From positions 32,001-96,000 of the forward strand of contig JBBRLQ010000022.1 of NCBI GenBank assembly GCA_038231275.1: a stretch of 64,000 nt of DNA, given 5' to 3'. A program made the position numbers and the translations under genes. Under the pieces are notes generated by a model. That model was not told where the DNA came from and made no database searches. It worked only from the letters and a program-made list of their open reading frames with translations. Of the stretch, positions 18,533 to 27,303 are shown piece after piece; the stretch's first letter is position 1, and each line of letters begins with the position of its first letter. Origin of the DNA: Polyangiales bacterium (GTDB lineage: Bacteria; Myxococcota_A; Polyangia; Polyangiales; Polyangiaceae).

Positions 18533-18985
18533 TCAGATCACGTAGACGCTCGGCGAGCGCGCTCCGCGGACGATCCCGGCTTGCTCCGCGCGCGCGCACA
18601 CGTCCGCGAGCGTCAACTTCGAGGAGCAGGCCTCCATGTCGTGGGTGAGATCGTCGAGGATCTGATCGCACAGCTCGCGCAGCTCGGGCGGAGCGGCCGC
18701 GCCCTTTCGCGAGGCCTTCGGCGTGGCCCCCTCGGTCGCCTTCAGCACGTCGCCCACCCGGATCTCCGCCGGCGCGCGCGTGAGCTGGTAGCCCCCTCGC
18801 GGGCCGCGCTTCGATGCGACGAGCCCCTCGCGCCGGAGGTCCTGGAAAATCTGCTCCAAGAAGCGCAGCGGGATGCGCTGCCGACGCGCGACGTCCTTGA
18901 TTTGCGCCGGGACGGCGGCGCCGTGGAAGGCGAGATCGCTCAGCGCCCGAACGGCGTAGCGACCCTTGCTGGAGACGCGGATCAT
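18533..18985 (-). CDS. Rrf2-family transcriptional regulator, CymR-like
   Basis: SSKGRYAVRAL, FLEQIFQDL, SKRGPRGGY. Lacks the IscR three-Cys Fe-S motif, ends in YVI and is the first gene of the cys operon. Confidence 0.88.
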   Translation of the reverse strand: MIRVSSKGRYAVRALSDLAFHGAAVPAQIKDVARRQRIPLRFLEQIFQDLRREGLVASKRGPRGGYQLTRAPAEIRVGDVLKATEGATPKASRKGAAAPPELRELCDQILDDLTHDMEACSSKLTLADVCARAEQAGIVRGARSPSVYVI

Positions 18986-19000
18986 GGTGTCGACCTGAGG

Positions 19001-19029
19001 ATTTCTAATTGTTGCATAGGAATTGTCAA
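19001..19029 (-). promoter_or_regulatory. Probable sigma70 promoter of the cys operon with an overlapping inverted repeat (candidate Rrf2 operator)
   Basis: On the minus strand TTGACA (19029-19024) is followed after 16 nt by TAGAAA. The imperfect palindrome ATTTCTA-N9-TAGGAAT (19001-19023) sits in an AT-rich island. Confidence 0.6.
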
Positions 19030-19069
19030 GAATCATTGGGCCTGCCAAAAGTGCTACTGTTTCGGCCCA

Positions 19070-20068
19070 ATGCTGGGCTCCGACGAGGCGCGCGACCTCC
19101 ACGATCGTTTCCCCGCGATCGATCTTCACGCCGACACCCTCATGTGGACGCGGTGGCTCGGCTACGACCTTCACGCGCGCCACTCGCCGCCGCTTCCCTT
19201 CGCGGCGCTCGGCGGGCACGTCGATCTTCCGCGGATGCGCGACGGCGGGATGGGTGCGCAGTTCTTCGGGCTCGTGTCGCTGCCGATCGTCGATCGCGCG
19301 CGCGGCTCGGCGGCGGTGGTCGACGCGCAGATCGACGCCCTCGACGAGACGATCGCGCGTCGCCCGGGCCTTCGCCTGGTGAAGAGCGCCGCGGAGGTCG
19401 AGGCCTGCCGGGCGAACGGCGAGCTCGGCGCGCTCCTCGGCATCGAGGGTGCCCATGCGCTCGAGGGGAGCCTCGACCAGCTCACGCATTTCGCGCGGAG
19501 GGGCGTCCGCTACCTCGGCATTTTGCACTTCAGCGCGAACGAAGCGGGCGCGCCTGCCTACGGCCGCGGCCGCGACGACACCGCCGGCCTCTCGCGCTGG
19601 GGCCACGAGCTCGTCCGGCGGTGCGAGAGCGAAGGCGTGCTCGTGGATTTGGCGCACATCAACAAGCGCGGCTTCCTCGACGCGTGCGCCGTGGCCACGA
19701 AGCCGCCGATCGTGAGCCACACCGGCATCCTCGGCGCCTTCGATCACTGGCGGAACATCGACGACGAGCAGCTGCGCGCGGTGGCCGATCGCGGCGGGTG
19801 CGTCGGCGTCATCTTCTGCCCGCGCTTCGTGGGCGGCGACGGCCTCGAGCCGGTCGTGCGTCACCTGAAGCACGTACTCGACGTCGTCGGCGAGGACGTG
19901 CCGGCGCTGGGGAGCGACTGGGACGGCTTCATCATTCCCACGCGGCCGCTGAAGGATCCGACGGGCCTCCCACTCCTCACCGACGCGCTCCTCGCCGCCG
20001 GTGTCTCGTCGCGCGCGATCGGCAAGATCCTCCGCGGCAACGTGATGCGCGTGCTCGCGGAGGCCTGA
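19070..20068 (+). CDS. Peptidase M19 (membrane/renal dipeptidase family)
   Basis: IDLHADT, HVDLPR, GIEG, DLAH, IVSHTG, RNIDD, GSDWDG, GNVMRV motifs. Confidence 0.9.
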   Translation: MLGSDEARDLHDRFPAIDLHADTLMWTRWLGYDLHARHSPPLPFAALGGHVDLPRMRDGGMGAQFFGLVSLPIVDRARGSAAVVDAQIDALDETIARRPGLRLVKSAAEVEACRANGELGALLGIEGAHALEGSLDQLTHFARRGVRYLGILHFSANEAGAPAYGRGRDDTAGLSRWGHELVRRCESEGVLVDLAHINKRGFLDACAVATKPPIVSHTGILGAFDHWRNIDDEQLRAVADRGGCVGVIFCPRFVGGDGLEPVVRHLKHVLDVVGEDVPALGSDWDGFIIPTRPLKDPTGLPLLTDALLAAGVSSRAIGKILRGNVMRVLAEA

Positions 20069-20075
20069 GCGGGCC

Positions 20076-20741
20076 TCAGGTGACCTCGACGTGCTCGACG
20101 TCGAGGCCGCTGCGGGCGAGGCGCTCGCTGATCCGTGCTTTCCATTCTTCGCGATCGGCGCCGGCGGGGGCGTCGATTTCGACGCGTACGCGGCCTCCGT
20201 CGGCGTGGACCAGCACCGTCGCGCCCGCGAGCGCTCCCGAGCCGAGCTCCATCCGCACCGACCCGCGCCGACCGTCTCCCGCCCACGCGATGCGCCTCAC
20301 GAGCGCCGGCAAGAGATGCTCGAGCGACGCCCGCGCGTGAACCTCGGGCGCCGAAGCGGCAGGGAGGATCGCGACGCCCGCGACCTGGGGCGGCGCGAGC
20401 TGAGCGAGGTGACGCGCCGTGGGATCGAGCGGCTCGTCGTGGTGCGCCCGTCGGCGATGCGTCTCCTCGGAATGCGCCGGCGGCCTCGGCCTCGTTGACT
20501 CCCGCCCATCGCCGCGCGGAGAGGCGCGATGAGCCGCGTTGGCCGTCGCATGGGCAGCCATCGCGGGCGGCCCCTCGGTACGCCCTTTCGGTCCTGACTT
20601 CGACGTCGCCGCGGGACCACGAGGTCTGATCAGGAGGTTGCGAAAAGGAACCGCCGGTCCGCCGTGCGCCGCGCTTGGCGTCGCCGCGGACCCCTTCGGA
20701 GTGGCAGGAACGCGCGAGGGGGTCGCTGGCGAGGTCGTCAT
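20076..20741 (-). CDS. Hypothetical protein with a low-complexity N-terminus and a FliK/SctP-like C-terminal domain
   Basis: The C-terminal VRMELGSGALAGATVLVHADGGRVRVEI...ISERLARSGLDVEHVEV resembles FliK_C. GGGGAG RBS before the ATG at 20741; start uncertain. Confidence 0.55.
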   Translation of the reverse strand: MTTSPATPSRVPATPKGSAATPSAAHGGPAVPFRNLLIRPRGPAATSKSGPKGRTEGPPAMAAHATANAAHRASPRGDGRESTRPRPPAHSEETHRRRAHHDEPLDPTARHLAQLAPPQVAGVAILPAASAPEVHARASLEHLLPALVRRIAWAGDGRRGSVRMELGSGALAGATVLVHADGGRVRVEIDAPAGADREEWKARISERLARSGLDVEHVEVT

Positions 20742-20871
20742 GCTCCCCCATCGGCACGACCGGCGTTTCGTTGCTCGAAATCCAACCGGCTTGACCCCAG
20801 GGCGCGCTGGGATACCGTGAAGGGGTGCGAGGAGTCGCTCTCCCACATCGGGGGACATCGGAACTGGATTG

Positions 20872-22194
20872 ATGGGGAGTCCAGACGTGCCACTGCAAGC
20901 GTGGACGGTCGCCGCGGCGATCTCCGTCGCTCTCCTTGGTTCCCTCTTCGCGGCGGGGGACGCGGCGCTGACGTCCCTGCCGGAGGGGCGCCTGCAGGCG
21001 CTCACGGAGCTCGGTGGGACCACCGGGGCGGCCTACTCGCGCTACGCGAAGGATCGAGCGCGCGTCTTGTCACGCTGGCTGGTCGGGCGCGTCATCGCCA
21101 TCAGCCTCACGGCGGCACTCCTCGCCGATTTTGCCGATCACGCGTTCTCCGCCCGCGTCGGGCCGCTCGTCGCCATGCTCGGCGCGGTCGTCACCTACGG
21201 AACGTTCGCCGAGGTCCTCGGGACCCTCGCGCGGCGACGCCCCGAGCAGCTCGGCACGCTGGCGCTCCGTTTCCTTCTGCCGCTCGAGTGGGCGGTCGTC
21301 CCGCTCGCCGAGCCGCTCGCCTTCTTGGGGCGCTTCATCAGCTCGCGCCTGCCGGAAGAGTCACCGCGCGACGCCGCGCGCCTCACGGAGACGGAGGTGG
21401 AGTGGGTCGTCGCCGAGGGCGAGAAGAGCGGCGCGCTCGCGGAGGAGCCGGCGGAGATGATCCGCAACGTGCTCGACTTCAAGGACCTCACGGCGCGCGG
21501 CGTCATGGTCCCGCGCCGCAAGCTCAGCGGGATCGAGCTGTCGACGAGGCTCGACAAGGTCGTCGAGCTCGTGTCGACCGAGAAGCACTCGCGCTACCCT
21601 GTCTACCGCGAGACCCTCGACAACATCGTGGGCCTCCTCTACGCGAAAGATCTCTTCGCCGTGGTGCGCGACGGCGAGATCGACAAGAAGACCCTCGGCG
21701 ATCTCATCCGCGCGCCGGTGCTCTTCGTCGCCGAGTCGCAGCCGGCGGCGAGCGTGCTGCGCGAGATGCGCGCGCGGCGCCTGCACATGGCGGTCGTCTC
21801 CGACGAATTCGGAGGGACGGGCGGCCTCGTCACGGTCGAGGACATCATCGAAGAGATCGTCGGCGAGATCCACGACGAGTACGACATGGAGAGCGAGCCG
21901 CTCATCGAGGATCTCGGCGGCGGCAAGTTCATCTGCGACGCGGCGATCCCGCTGGCCGATCTCGCGGTGCGTCTCGGGCGCGAGCTGCCGAGCGACGGCG
22001 ATTTCGAGTCGCTGGGCGGCCTCCTCGTCCACCAGGCGGGGCGCGTGCCGCCGGTGGGAACGAGCTTCATCTTGAGCGGCTTCAAGCTCACGGTGCGCGA
22101 GGCGGACGAAACGCGCGTGGTGAGGGTCGACATCGAACCGGCGCCGGAGGTCGAGCCCGCGACGACGACGGGCGACACCCAGGCGGCTTCGTGA
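20872..22194 (+). CDS. HlyC/CorC (CNNM/DUF21-CBS-CBS-CorC) family Mg2+/ion transporter
   Basis: N-terminal TM helices; VMVPR, HSRYPVY, HMAVVSDEFGGTGGLVTVEDIIEEIVGEIHDEYD; SLGG...GRVP CorC domain. Confidence 0.92.
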   Translation: MGSPDVPLQAWTVAAAISVALLGSLFAAGDAALTSLPEGRLQALTELGGTTGAAYSRYAKDRARVLSRWLVGRVIAISLTAALLADFADHAFSARVGPLVAMLGAVVTYGTFAEVLGTLARRRPEQLGTLALRFLLPLEWAVVPLAEPLAFLGRFISSRLPEESPRDAARLTETEVEWVVAEGEKSGALAEEPAEMIRNVLDFKDLTARGVMVPRRKLSGIELSTRLDKVVELVSTEKHSRYPVYRETLDNIVGLLYAKDLFAVVRDGEIDKKTLGDLIRAPVLFVAESQPAASVLREMRARRLHMAVVSDEFGGTGGLVTVEDIIEEIVGEIHDEYDMESEPLIEDLGGGKFICDAAIPLADLAVRLGRELPSDGDFESLGGLLVHQAGRVPPVGTSFILSGFKLTVREADETRVVRVDIEPAPEVEPATTTGDTQAAS

Positions 22195-22607
22195 CGCCGC
22201 CGCGCGCGCTGCGCCTCGTCTGCACGCTCGCGGGCGCCCGCGCCAAGTCTCCTCTTCTTCCTCCGCCTCCTCCCTTCGGCCTCGCCGCGTACGTCGACGA
22301 CGATGGCGCCGACATCGCCGTGCTGCTCGACCTCGACGCGGAGGCCTCGGAGCGCGCGCAGGTCGAGGTCGCCGCCGCGCAGATCCCGGCCGCCGACGAC
22401 CAGCCCGCCGGGCGACGCGTCTTCGTCCTCGCCGCGCGCGCGAACGTCGGCGGCTTTTTTGCGCGAATCTTCGCCCGAGGACGCGGGCACGTGACCCCCG
22501 CGGTTCGCGCCACCGCGCTCCTGGCGCGCGGCTACGTGAACCTCGGCTCCGACGACTCCGGCGCGCTCAAGACCGTCTGGGGCGAAGCTACTCCGTCACC
22601 TTCTTGA
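22191..22607 (+). CDS. Hypothetical protein (138 aa)
   Basis: GTG start overlaps the upstream stop (GTGA); the protein-like composition occupies the C-terminal part of ORF 20664..22607. Confidence 0.5.
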   Translation: MTPPRALRLVCTLAGARAKSPLLPPPPPFGLAAYVDDDGADIAVLLDLDAEASERAQVEVAAAQIPAADDQPAGRRVFVLAARANVGGFFARIFARGRGHVTPAVRATALLARGYVNLGSDDSGALKTVWGEATPSPS

Positions 22608-23772
22608 GCGCGCTCGCGAGCGTATCGGCGCGCTCGACGAGCCCGGGCTTGGTGTCCTGCACGATGTCCCCCGGCGCCTGCTTCTCGCCTTGGATCTCGC
22701 GGAGGATGCCGGCCAGCGCGGCGCCGAGCTGTGCGATCTGCCCCTGCGTCTCGCTGGGGCACACCTTGTTGAACGAGCTCGGCGTGACCGCGAAGCCTGC
22801 GCCCTTGCCGAGATCGCCGCCGTTGTACTTGTCGATCTTGCCGTTGCCGCTCCCGCCCGGATCGGCGAAGACGAACTCCTTCGGCAGCGCGACCTGATCG
22901 CCCTGGATCTTGATCGGATCCTTCAAGGCCGCGAGGATCGCGCTCCCGTCCTTGGTCGCGACGACCATCAAGTTGATGGAGACCGACTGCCCGGCGAGCT
23001 GCTCGCTGATCGGCTTCTGCAGCTTCGTGAGCTGGTTCTGGAGGAAGAGCTTGCGATCGTTGAGCGACTGCACGCTCGTCACGAAGTCGACGAGCTCCTG
23101 TGTGGTCGACGACGGGAAGCCGCTGAAGCGACGCCCGGCGAGCTGCGACCCGTCGAAGTCGACGTTGATGCCGCCCAGATCCTTGATGAGGTCCGTCGGG
23201 TATTTGTGATCGCGCATGAGCTGGTTCTTGCCCGCTTCGACCTTGTCGCCGAGCAGCTTGATCTTGCCGCGGGCCTCGTCGACCTTCCCGGCTAACTCCG
23301 TCGCGTCGCCTTTGCTCTTGCCGCGCGCCGCGCTCTTCTCGCTCGCGCCGCCGGCGACGTAGCCGATCGCGACCCCCATCGCGCCGACGAGCAGCGCGAC
23401 GACGAAGCCCATCCGTCGGGCACCGCGTCGTGCCTCGTGGACCGCTCCCTCGTCGACTTCGATGCGCTGCGCCTGGGGCGGCGGCGCGGCGGCCGCGGGG
23501 GCCCGGTACGGCGTGGCGACGGCGGCGAGCGGGTTCGAGGGATCGATGTCGCGCGACGACGAGCCGCCCCCCCCGCCGAACGGCGGAGGTCCGACCGGAA
23601 CGCCCGGAGGCACCGGCAAGGCCCCGCCCGGCATGGGCGTGGGAGGAGGCAGGGCGACGCCGCCCGACGAGCCTGCGGGCGGAACAGGGATCCCCGCAGG
23701 CACTTGCGCCCCGACCTGCGTCTTTCCCAACCGCGCCTTCAGGTCAATCTTCGGCTTTTTCTCGTCGGCCAT
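22588..23772 (-). CDS. Hypothetical single-pass membrane protein (Pro-rich N-terminus, TM, periplasmic helical domain)
   Basis: MADEKKPKIDLKARLGK start, Pro/Gly-rich linker, TM GFVVALLVGAMGVAIGYVAG. Confidence 0.78.
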   Translation of the reverse strand: MADEKKPKIDLKARLGKTQVGAQVPAGIPVPPAGSSGGVALPPPTPMPGGALPVPPGVPVGPPPFGGGGGSSSRDIDPSNPLAAVATPYRAPAAAAPPPQAQRIEVDEGAVHEARRGARRMGFVVALLVGAMGVAIGYVAGGASEKSAARGKSKGDATELAGKVDEARGKIKLLGDKVEAGKNQLMRDHKYPTDLIKDLGGINVDFDGSQLAGRRFSGFPSSTTQELVDFVTSVQSLNDRKLFLQNQLTKLQKPISEQLAGQSVSINLMVVATKDGSAILAALKDPIKIQGDQVALPKEFVFADPGGSGNGKIDKYNGGDLGKGAGFAVTPSSFNKVCPSETQGQIAQLGAALAGILREIQGEKQAPGDIVQDTKPGLVERADTLASALKKVTE

Positions 23773-23951
23773 GCGTCTCCTCACGCGCGCGCGCGCCGCG
23801 CTCGCCGCGACGTTAGTTTCTCGGGCCCCGCCCTGTCAACGTCACGACGCCGCTATGGAAAACGCAGGGGGCCTTCCCGTCTTGGGCCCGCTGATTGTTG
23901 GACCTCCGCACCTACATATCCTTACACTCACAGGATCGGAGGGCGCAACGC

Positions 23952-24269
23952 ATGGACCGTCGAACGATGCCTCGTGCAAGCCTTGGAACGATCCTTCTCA
24001 ACAAGTACATCGACGGCTTCCCTCACCTGGTAAAGCTCGTCGACGTCTCTGCGAGCGGCATGCTCGTCCGGCGCTACTCGGAGCCGGAGCTGCGCCGCGA
24101 TTTCTACGCGGTCGAGCTCGGTGTCCCCGGGCGGACGGAGCGGATGTGGCTATGGACGCGGCACGTATGGAAGTCCGGAGATCTGCAGGCGCTCCGGTTC
24201 ACGGGCATCGATCCGATGGACCGCGCGCGGCTGAAGAAGATGGTCGCCGAAGTGCGTCGCGCCGCCTGA
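23952..24269 (+). CDS. Single-domain PilZ (c-di-GMP-binding) protein
   Basis: RxxxR (RRTMPR) and DxSxxG (DVSASG) motifs, ALRF near the C-terminus; GGAGG RBS. Confidence 0.8.
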   Translation: MDRRTMPRASLGTILLNKYIDGFPHLVKLVDVSASGMLVRRYSEPELRRDFYAVELGVPGRTERMWLWTRHVWKSGDLQALRFTGIDPMDRARLKKMVAEVRRAA

Positions 24270-24760
24270 TCGCACGATCGCGCCTGACGTTCTTGCTGGT
24301 CGCCGCGATGTTCGCGGCGGCCGCGTGCTCGAAGGACCCGGCGCGCGAAGAGGCGCTTCGGATCGAGCGCGATCAGGTCTCGCTGCGCGCGGTCTTGGAC
24401 GCAGAAGGGCGCGTGCAGAAGGCGTTCGACGAAGAGGGGCGCGCCGAGAAGGCCCACCGCGATGACGAGGCGGCGGGGCTGCTCGAGACGCGTGTGATTC
24501 CCGCGATCGACGCGACGCTCGCGCTGGCGCGCGCGGCGACCCCCGAGTCCGCGTGGGGACGCGCGCGGCGTGACGAGGTGGTCACGGCGCTGCTCGATCG
24601 AAAGGAGGAGCTGCCGCGCTACGCGAGGACGCTCCGCGATCACGATCAAGAGGCCCAGCTCGAGAGCGCGCTCAAGCAGGCCGAGATCGAGAAGCGCGTG
24701 CTCAAGGCGACGCACGCCATCGCCGACGGGCCTTCGGGCGACGCAGGGAAGCCGCTGTAA
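24266..24760 (+). CDS. Putative helical lipoprotein
   Basis: Signal RSRLTFLLVAAMFAAAAC followed by a helical, charged body; start codon uncertain. Confidence 0.65.
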   Translation: MIARSRLTFLLVAAMFAAAACSKDPAREEALRIERDQVSLRAVLDAEGRVQKAFDEEGRAEKAHRDDEAAGLLETRVIPAIDATLALARAATPESAWGRARRDEVVTALLDRKEELPRYARTLRDHDQEAQLESALKQAEIEKRVLKATHAIADGPSGDAGKPL

Positions 24761-24793
24761 GCATCACGGCCGCCGTGTAGACTCGCAAAAGGC

Positions 24794-25393
24794 ATGGCGG
24801 CGCGCGTCCTCGTCATCGACAACTACGACTCGTTCACCTTCAACCTGGTGCAGTACCTGGGCGAGCTGGGCGCGGAGACGCGCGTGGTGAAAAACGATGC
24901 GATCGATGTGCCGGGCATCCTCGCCGACGCGCCGAGCGGTGTCCTCGTGTCCCCGGGTCCCTGCACGCCGAACGAGGCGGGGATTTCGCTCGCGTGCGTG
25001 ACCGAGGTCGCCGGAAAGATCCCGATCTTGGGGGTTTGCCTCGGGCACCAGGCGATCGGGCAGGCGTTCGGCGGGAAGGTGATCCGCGCGGGCCGCCTGA
25101 TGCACGGGAAGACGTCGCCGATCGAGCACGACGGACGGACGATCTTCCGTGGCCTCCCCGCGCCGTTCGAAGCGACGCGCTACCACTCGTTGCTGGTGGA
25201 ACGCTCGACGGTGCCGGACGCGCTCGAGATCAGCGCGTGGACGGCGGAGGGAGAGATCATGGGGCTCCGCCACAAGACGCTCGCCGTCGAGGGCGTGCAG
25301 TTTCATCCCGAGAGCGTGCTCACGCCGGCAGGAAAGCAGCTCATCGCGAACTGGCTGGGAGCGCTCGGACAGGCCGGAGGCGCGGCCGCGTGA
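24794..25393 (+). CDS. trpG: Anthranilate synthase component II / glutamine amidotransferase
   Basis: [39 protein letters not shown]; directly upstream of trpD. Confidence 0.93.
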   Translation: MAARVLVIDNYDSFTFNLVQYLGELGAETRVVKNDAIDVPGILADAPSGVLVSPGPCTPNEAGISLACVTEVAGKIPILGVCLGHQAIGQAFGGKVIRAGRLMHGKTSPIEHDGRTIFRGLPAPFEATRYHSLLVERSTVPDALEISAWTAEGEIMGLRHKTLAVEGVQFHPESVLTPAGKQLIANWLGALGQAGGAAA

Positions 25394-26424
25394 GCGCCGA
25401 CTTCCCTGCCCTCTTCGCAAGAATCGAGGCGCGCGAGCCGACCCCCGATGACGTGCGCGCCGCGTTCGAGGCGATCCTCGCCGGCGCGTGGACGCCGGTG
25501 CAGACCGCTGCGTTCGCGATCGCGCTTCGCCTGCGTGGTGAGACGAACGACGTGATCGTCGCGGCGGCCGAGGTGTTGCGCGCGAAGATGACCGCGCTCG
25601 ATCATGGACTGCCGAAGGTGGTCGACACGTGCGGCACCGGCGGCGACGGCGCGCGGACGATCAACATCTCGACGGCGGCCGCGGTCATCGTGGCGGCGTG
25701 CGGGCTGCCGGTGGCGAAGCACGGCAACCGGTCGGTCTCCAGCCAGTGCGGCAGCGCCGACGTGATCGAGGCCCTCGGGGTGCCGGTCACGCTGCCCCTC
25801 GCCGGCGCGCTTGCGGTGCTCCGCGAGTCGGGGATGGTCTTCCTGATGGCTCCCGCGCACCACCCGGCGCTGGCGCACGCGGCGCAGGCGCGGCGTGAGC
25901 TCGGCGTCCGCACGATCTTCAACGCGCTCGGCCCGCTCGCGAATCCGGCGCGAGCCACCCACCAGCTCGTCGGCGTCTACGAGGACCGGCTCCGCCCCAT
26001 CCTCGCGCACGCGCTCGGCAAGCTCGGCGTCACGCGCGCGTGGGTCGTACGCGGCGAGGACGGGCTCGACGAGGTGAGCCCGTGCGGTCCGACTCGCGTG
26101 AGCGAGCTCGCTGGTGGGCAGGTGCGCGAGCGCGTCGTGACGCCGGAGGAGTTCGGCATCGCTCGCGCCGGCATAGAGGCCGTCGCGGGAGGAGACGCGC
26201 GCACGAACGCCGACGCGATCGAGCAAATTCTCCGGGGTGCCGCGCACCGTGCGACCGACGCCGTCGTCCTGAACGCGGCCGCCGTCTTGGTCGCCATCGG
26301 CGAGGAAGAGAACCCCCTCGATGCCACGGCGCGCGTCCGAGCTACGCTCCGCGAAGGCGCGGCCGGGCGGACCCTCGACGCCTGGCGGACCGCGAGCCAG
26401 CGCTACGCGACGCCCGCGCGATGA
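25390..26424 (+). CDS. trpD: Anthranilate phosphoribosyltransferase
   Basis: [42 protein letters not shown]. Confidence 0.95.
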   Translation: MSADFPALFARIEAREPTPDDVRAAFEAILAGAWTPVQTAAFAIALRLRGETNDVIVAAAEVLRAKMTALDHGLPKVVDTCGTGGDGARTINISTAAAVIVAACGLPVAKHGNRSVSSQCGSADVIEALGVPVTLPLAGALAVLRESGMVFLMAPAHHPALAHAAQARRELGVRTIFNALGPLANPARATHQLVGVYEDRLRPILAHALGKLGVTRAWVVRGEDGLDEVSPCGPTRVSELAGGQVRERVVTPEEFGIARAGIEAVAGGDARTNADAIEQILRGAAHRATDAVVLNAAAVLVAIGEEENPLDATARVRATLREGAAGRTLDAWRTASQRYATPAR

Positions 26425-27224
26425 GCCTGCTCGACGACATCCTCGCGTCCAAGCGCCGCGAGATCGCGGTACTGCGCGAAGGGCGCGTAGAAGAGGTCGC
26501 GCAGGCATCGCTCCGCACACCGCTCGACGTGGTGCGTGCGCTGGCGCGACCTGCCGGGGCGCCCCTTCGTCTCGTCGCGGAAGTGAAGCTCCGGAGCCCC
26601 AGCGCGGGCGCGCTGTCGCGGGCGATGAATCCGCCGACGCGCGCGGCCGCGTACGCCGAGGCGGGCGCGACGATGATCAGCGTGCTCTGCGACGGTCCGT
26701 TCTTCGAGGGCTCGTTCGACGATCTGTCGCGTGCGCGGGCACGCCTCGACGCGGGGGGCTTCTCCGTGCCGCTCCTCGCCAAGGAGTTCGTGCTCGACGG
26801 CGCGCAGGTCGCGCGCGCGCACGCCTCCGGCGCGGACGCGGTGCTCTTGATCGCGCGCATCGTGACGGCCGACGAGCTGACCGATCTCGCGCGCGACTGC
26901 CGTGCACGCGGGATGGAGCCGCTCGTCGAGGTCACCGACGAGGCGGAGCTCGCCCGCGCGCTCGCGGCGGAGGCGCGCGTCGTCGGAGTGAACGCGCGCG
27001 ATCTCGACACCCTCACGATCGACAAAGCCCGCGCGGCGCGGGTCCTCGCGGCCGTTCCATCGGGGGTGGTCGCCGTGCATTTGTCGGGGCTCGGGACGCC
27101 GGAGGCCATCGGCGCGGTGGCCGCGAGCAGGTCCGATGCGGCCCTCGTCGGGGAGGCGCTCATGCGCCAGGACGATCCGCGCGAGCTCCTCGCCGCGATG
27201 GTGCGTGCCGCCGCGGGCGGTTGA
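26421..27224 (+). CDS. trpC: Indole-3-glycerol phosphate synthase
   Basis: AEVKLRSPSAG, ISVL, PLLAKEF, GADAVLLI, LVEV, GVNARDL, LVGEALM. Confidence 0.93.
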   Translation: MSLLDDILASKRREIAVLREGRVEEVAQASLRTPLDVVRALARPAGAPLRLVAEVKLRSPSAGALSRAMNPPTRAAAYAEAGATMISVLCDGPFFEGSFDDLSRARARLDAGGFSVPLLAKEFVLDGAQVARAHASGADAVLLIARIVTADELTDLARDCRARGMEPLVEVTDEAELARALAAEARVVGVNARDLDTLTIDKARAARVLAAVPSGVVAVHLSGLGTPEAIGAVAASRSDAALVGEALMRQDDPRELLAAMVRAAAGG

Positions 27225-27303
27225 CGAGTGCAGCGAAGCGCAGCGGAGCGAAACGCTCCTTGAGCGCGAAGTGGGCCGCCGGCCCGCGGGCGGGTAGATT
27301 CAC

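Noticed and set aside
18533..18985. Calling the Rrf2 gene iscR
   Set aside because: The Cys triad for the [2Fe-2S] cluster is absent and the context is cysteine synthesis, not isc/suf.
27225..27303. Small GGAGCGAAACGCTCC hairpin between trpC and xerD as a possible REP element or terminator
   Set aside because: No second copy was noticed in the window and there is no U-tract. Short stems are expected by chance at this GC content.
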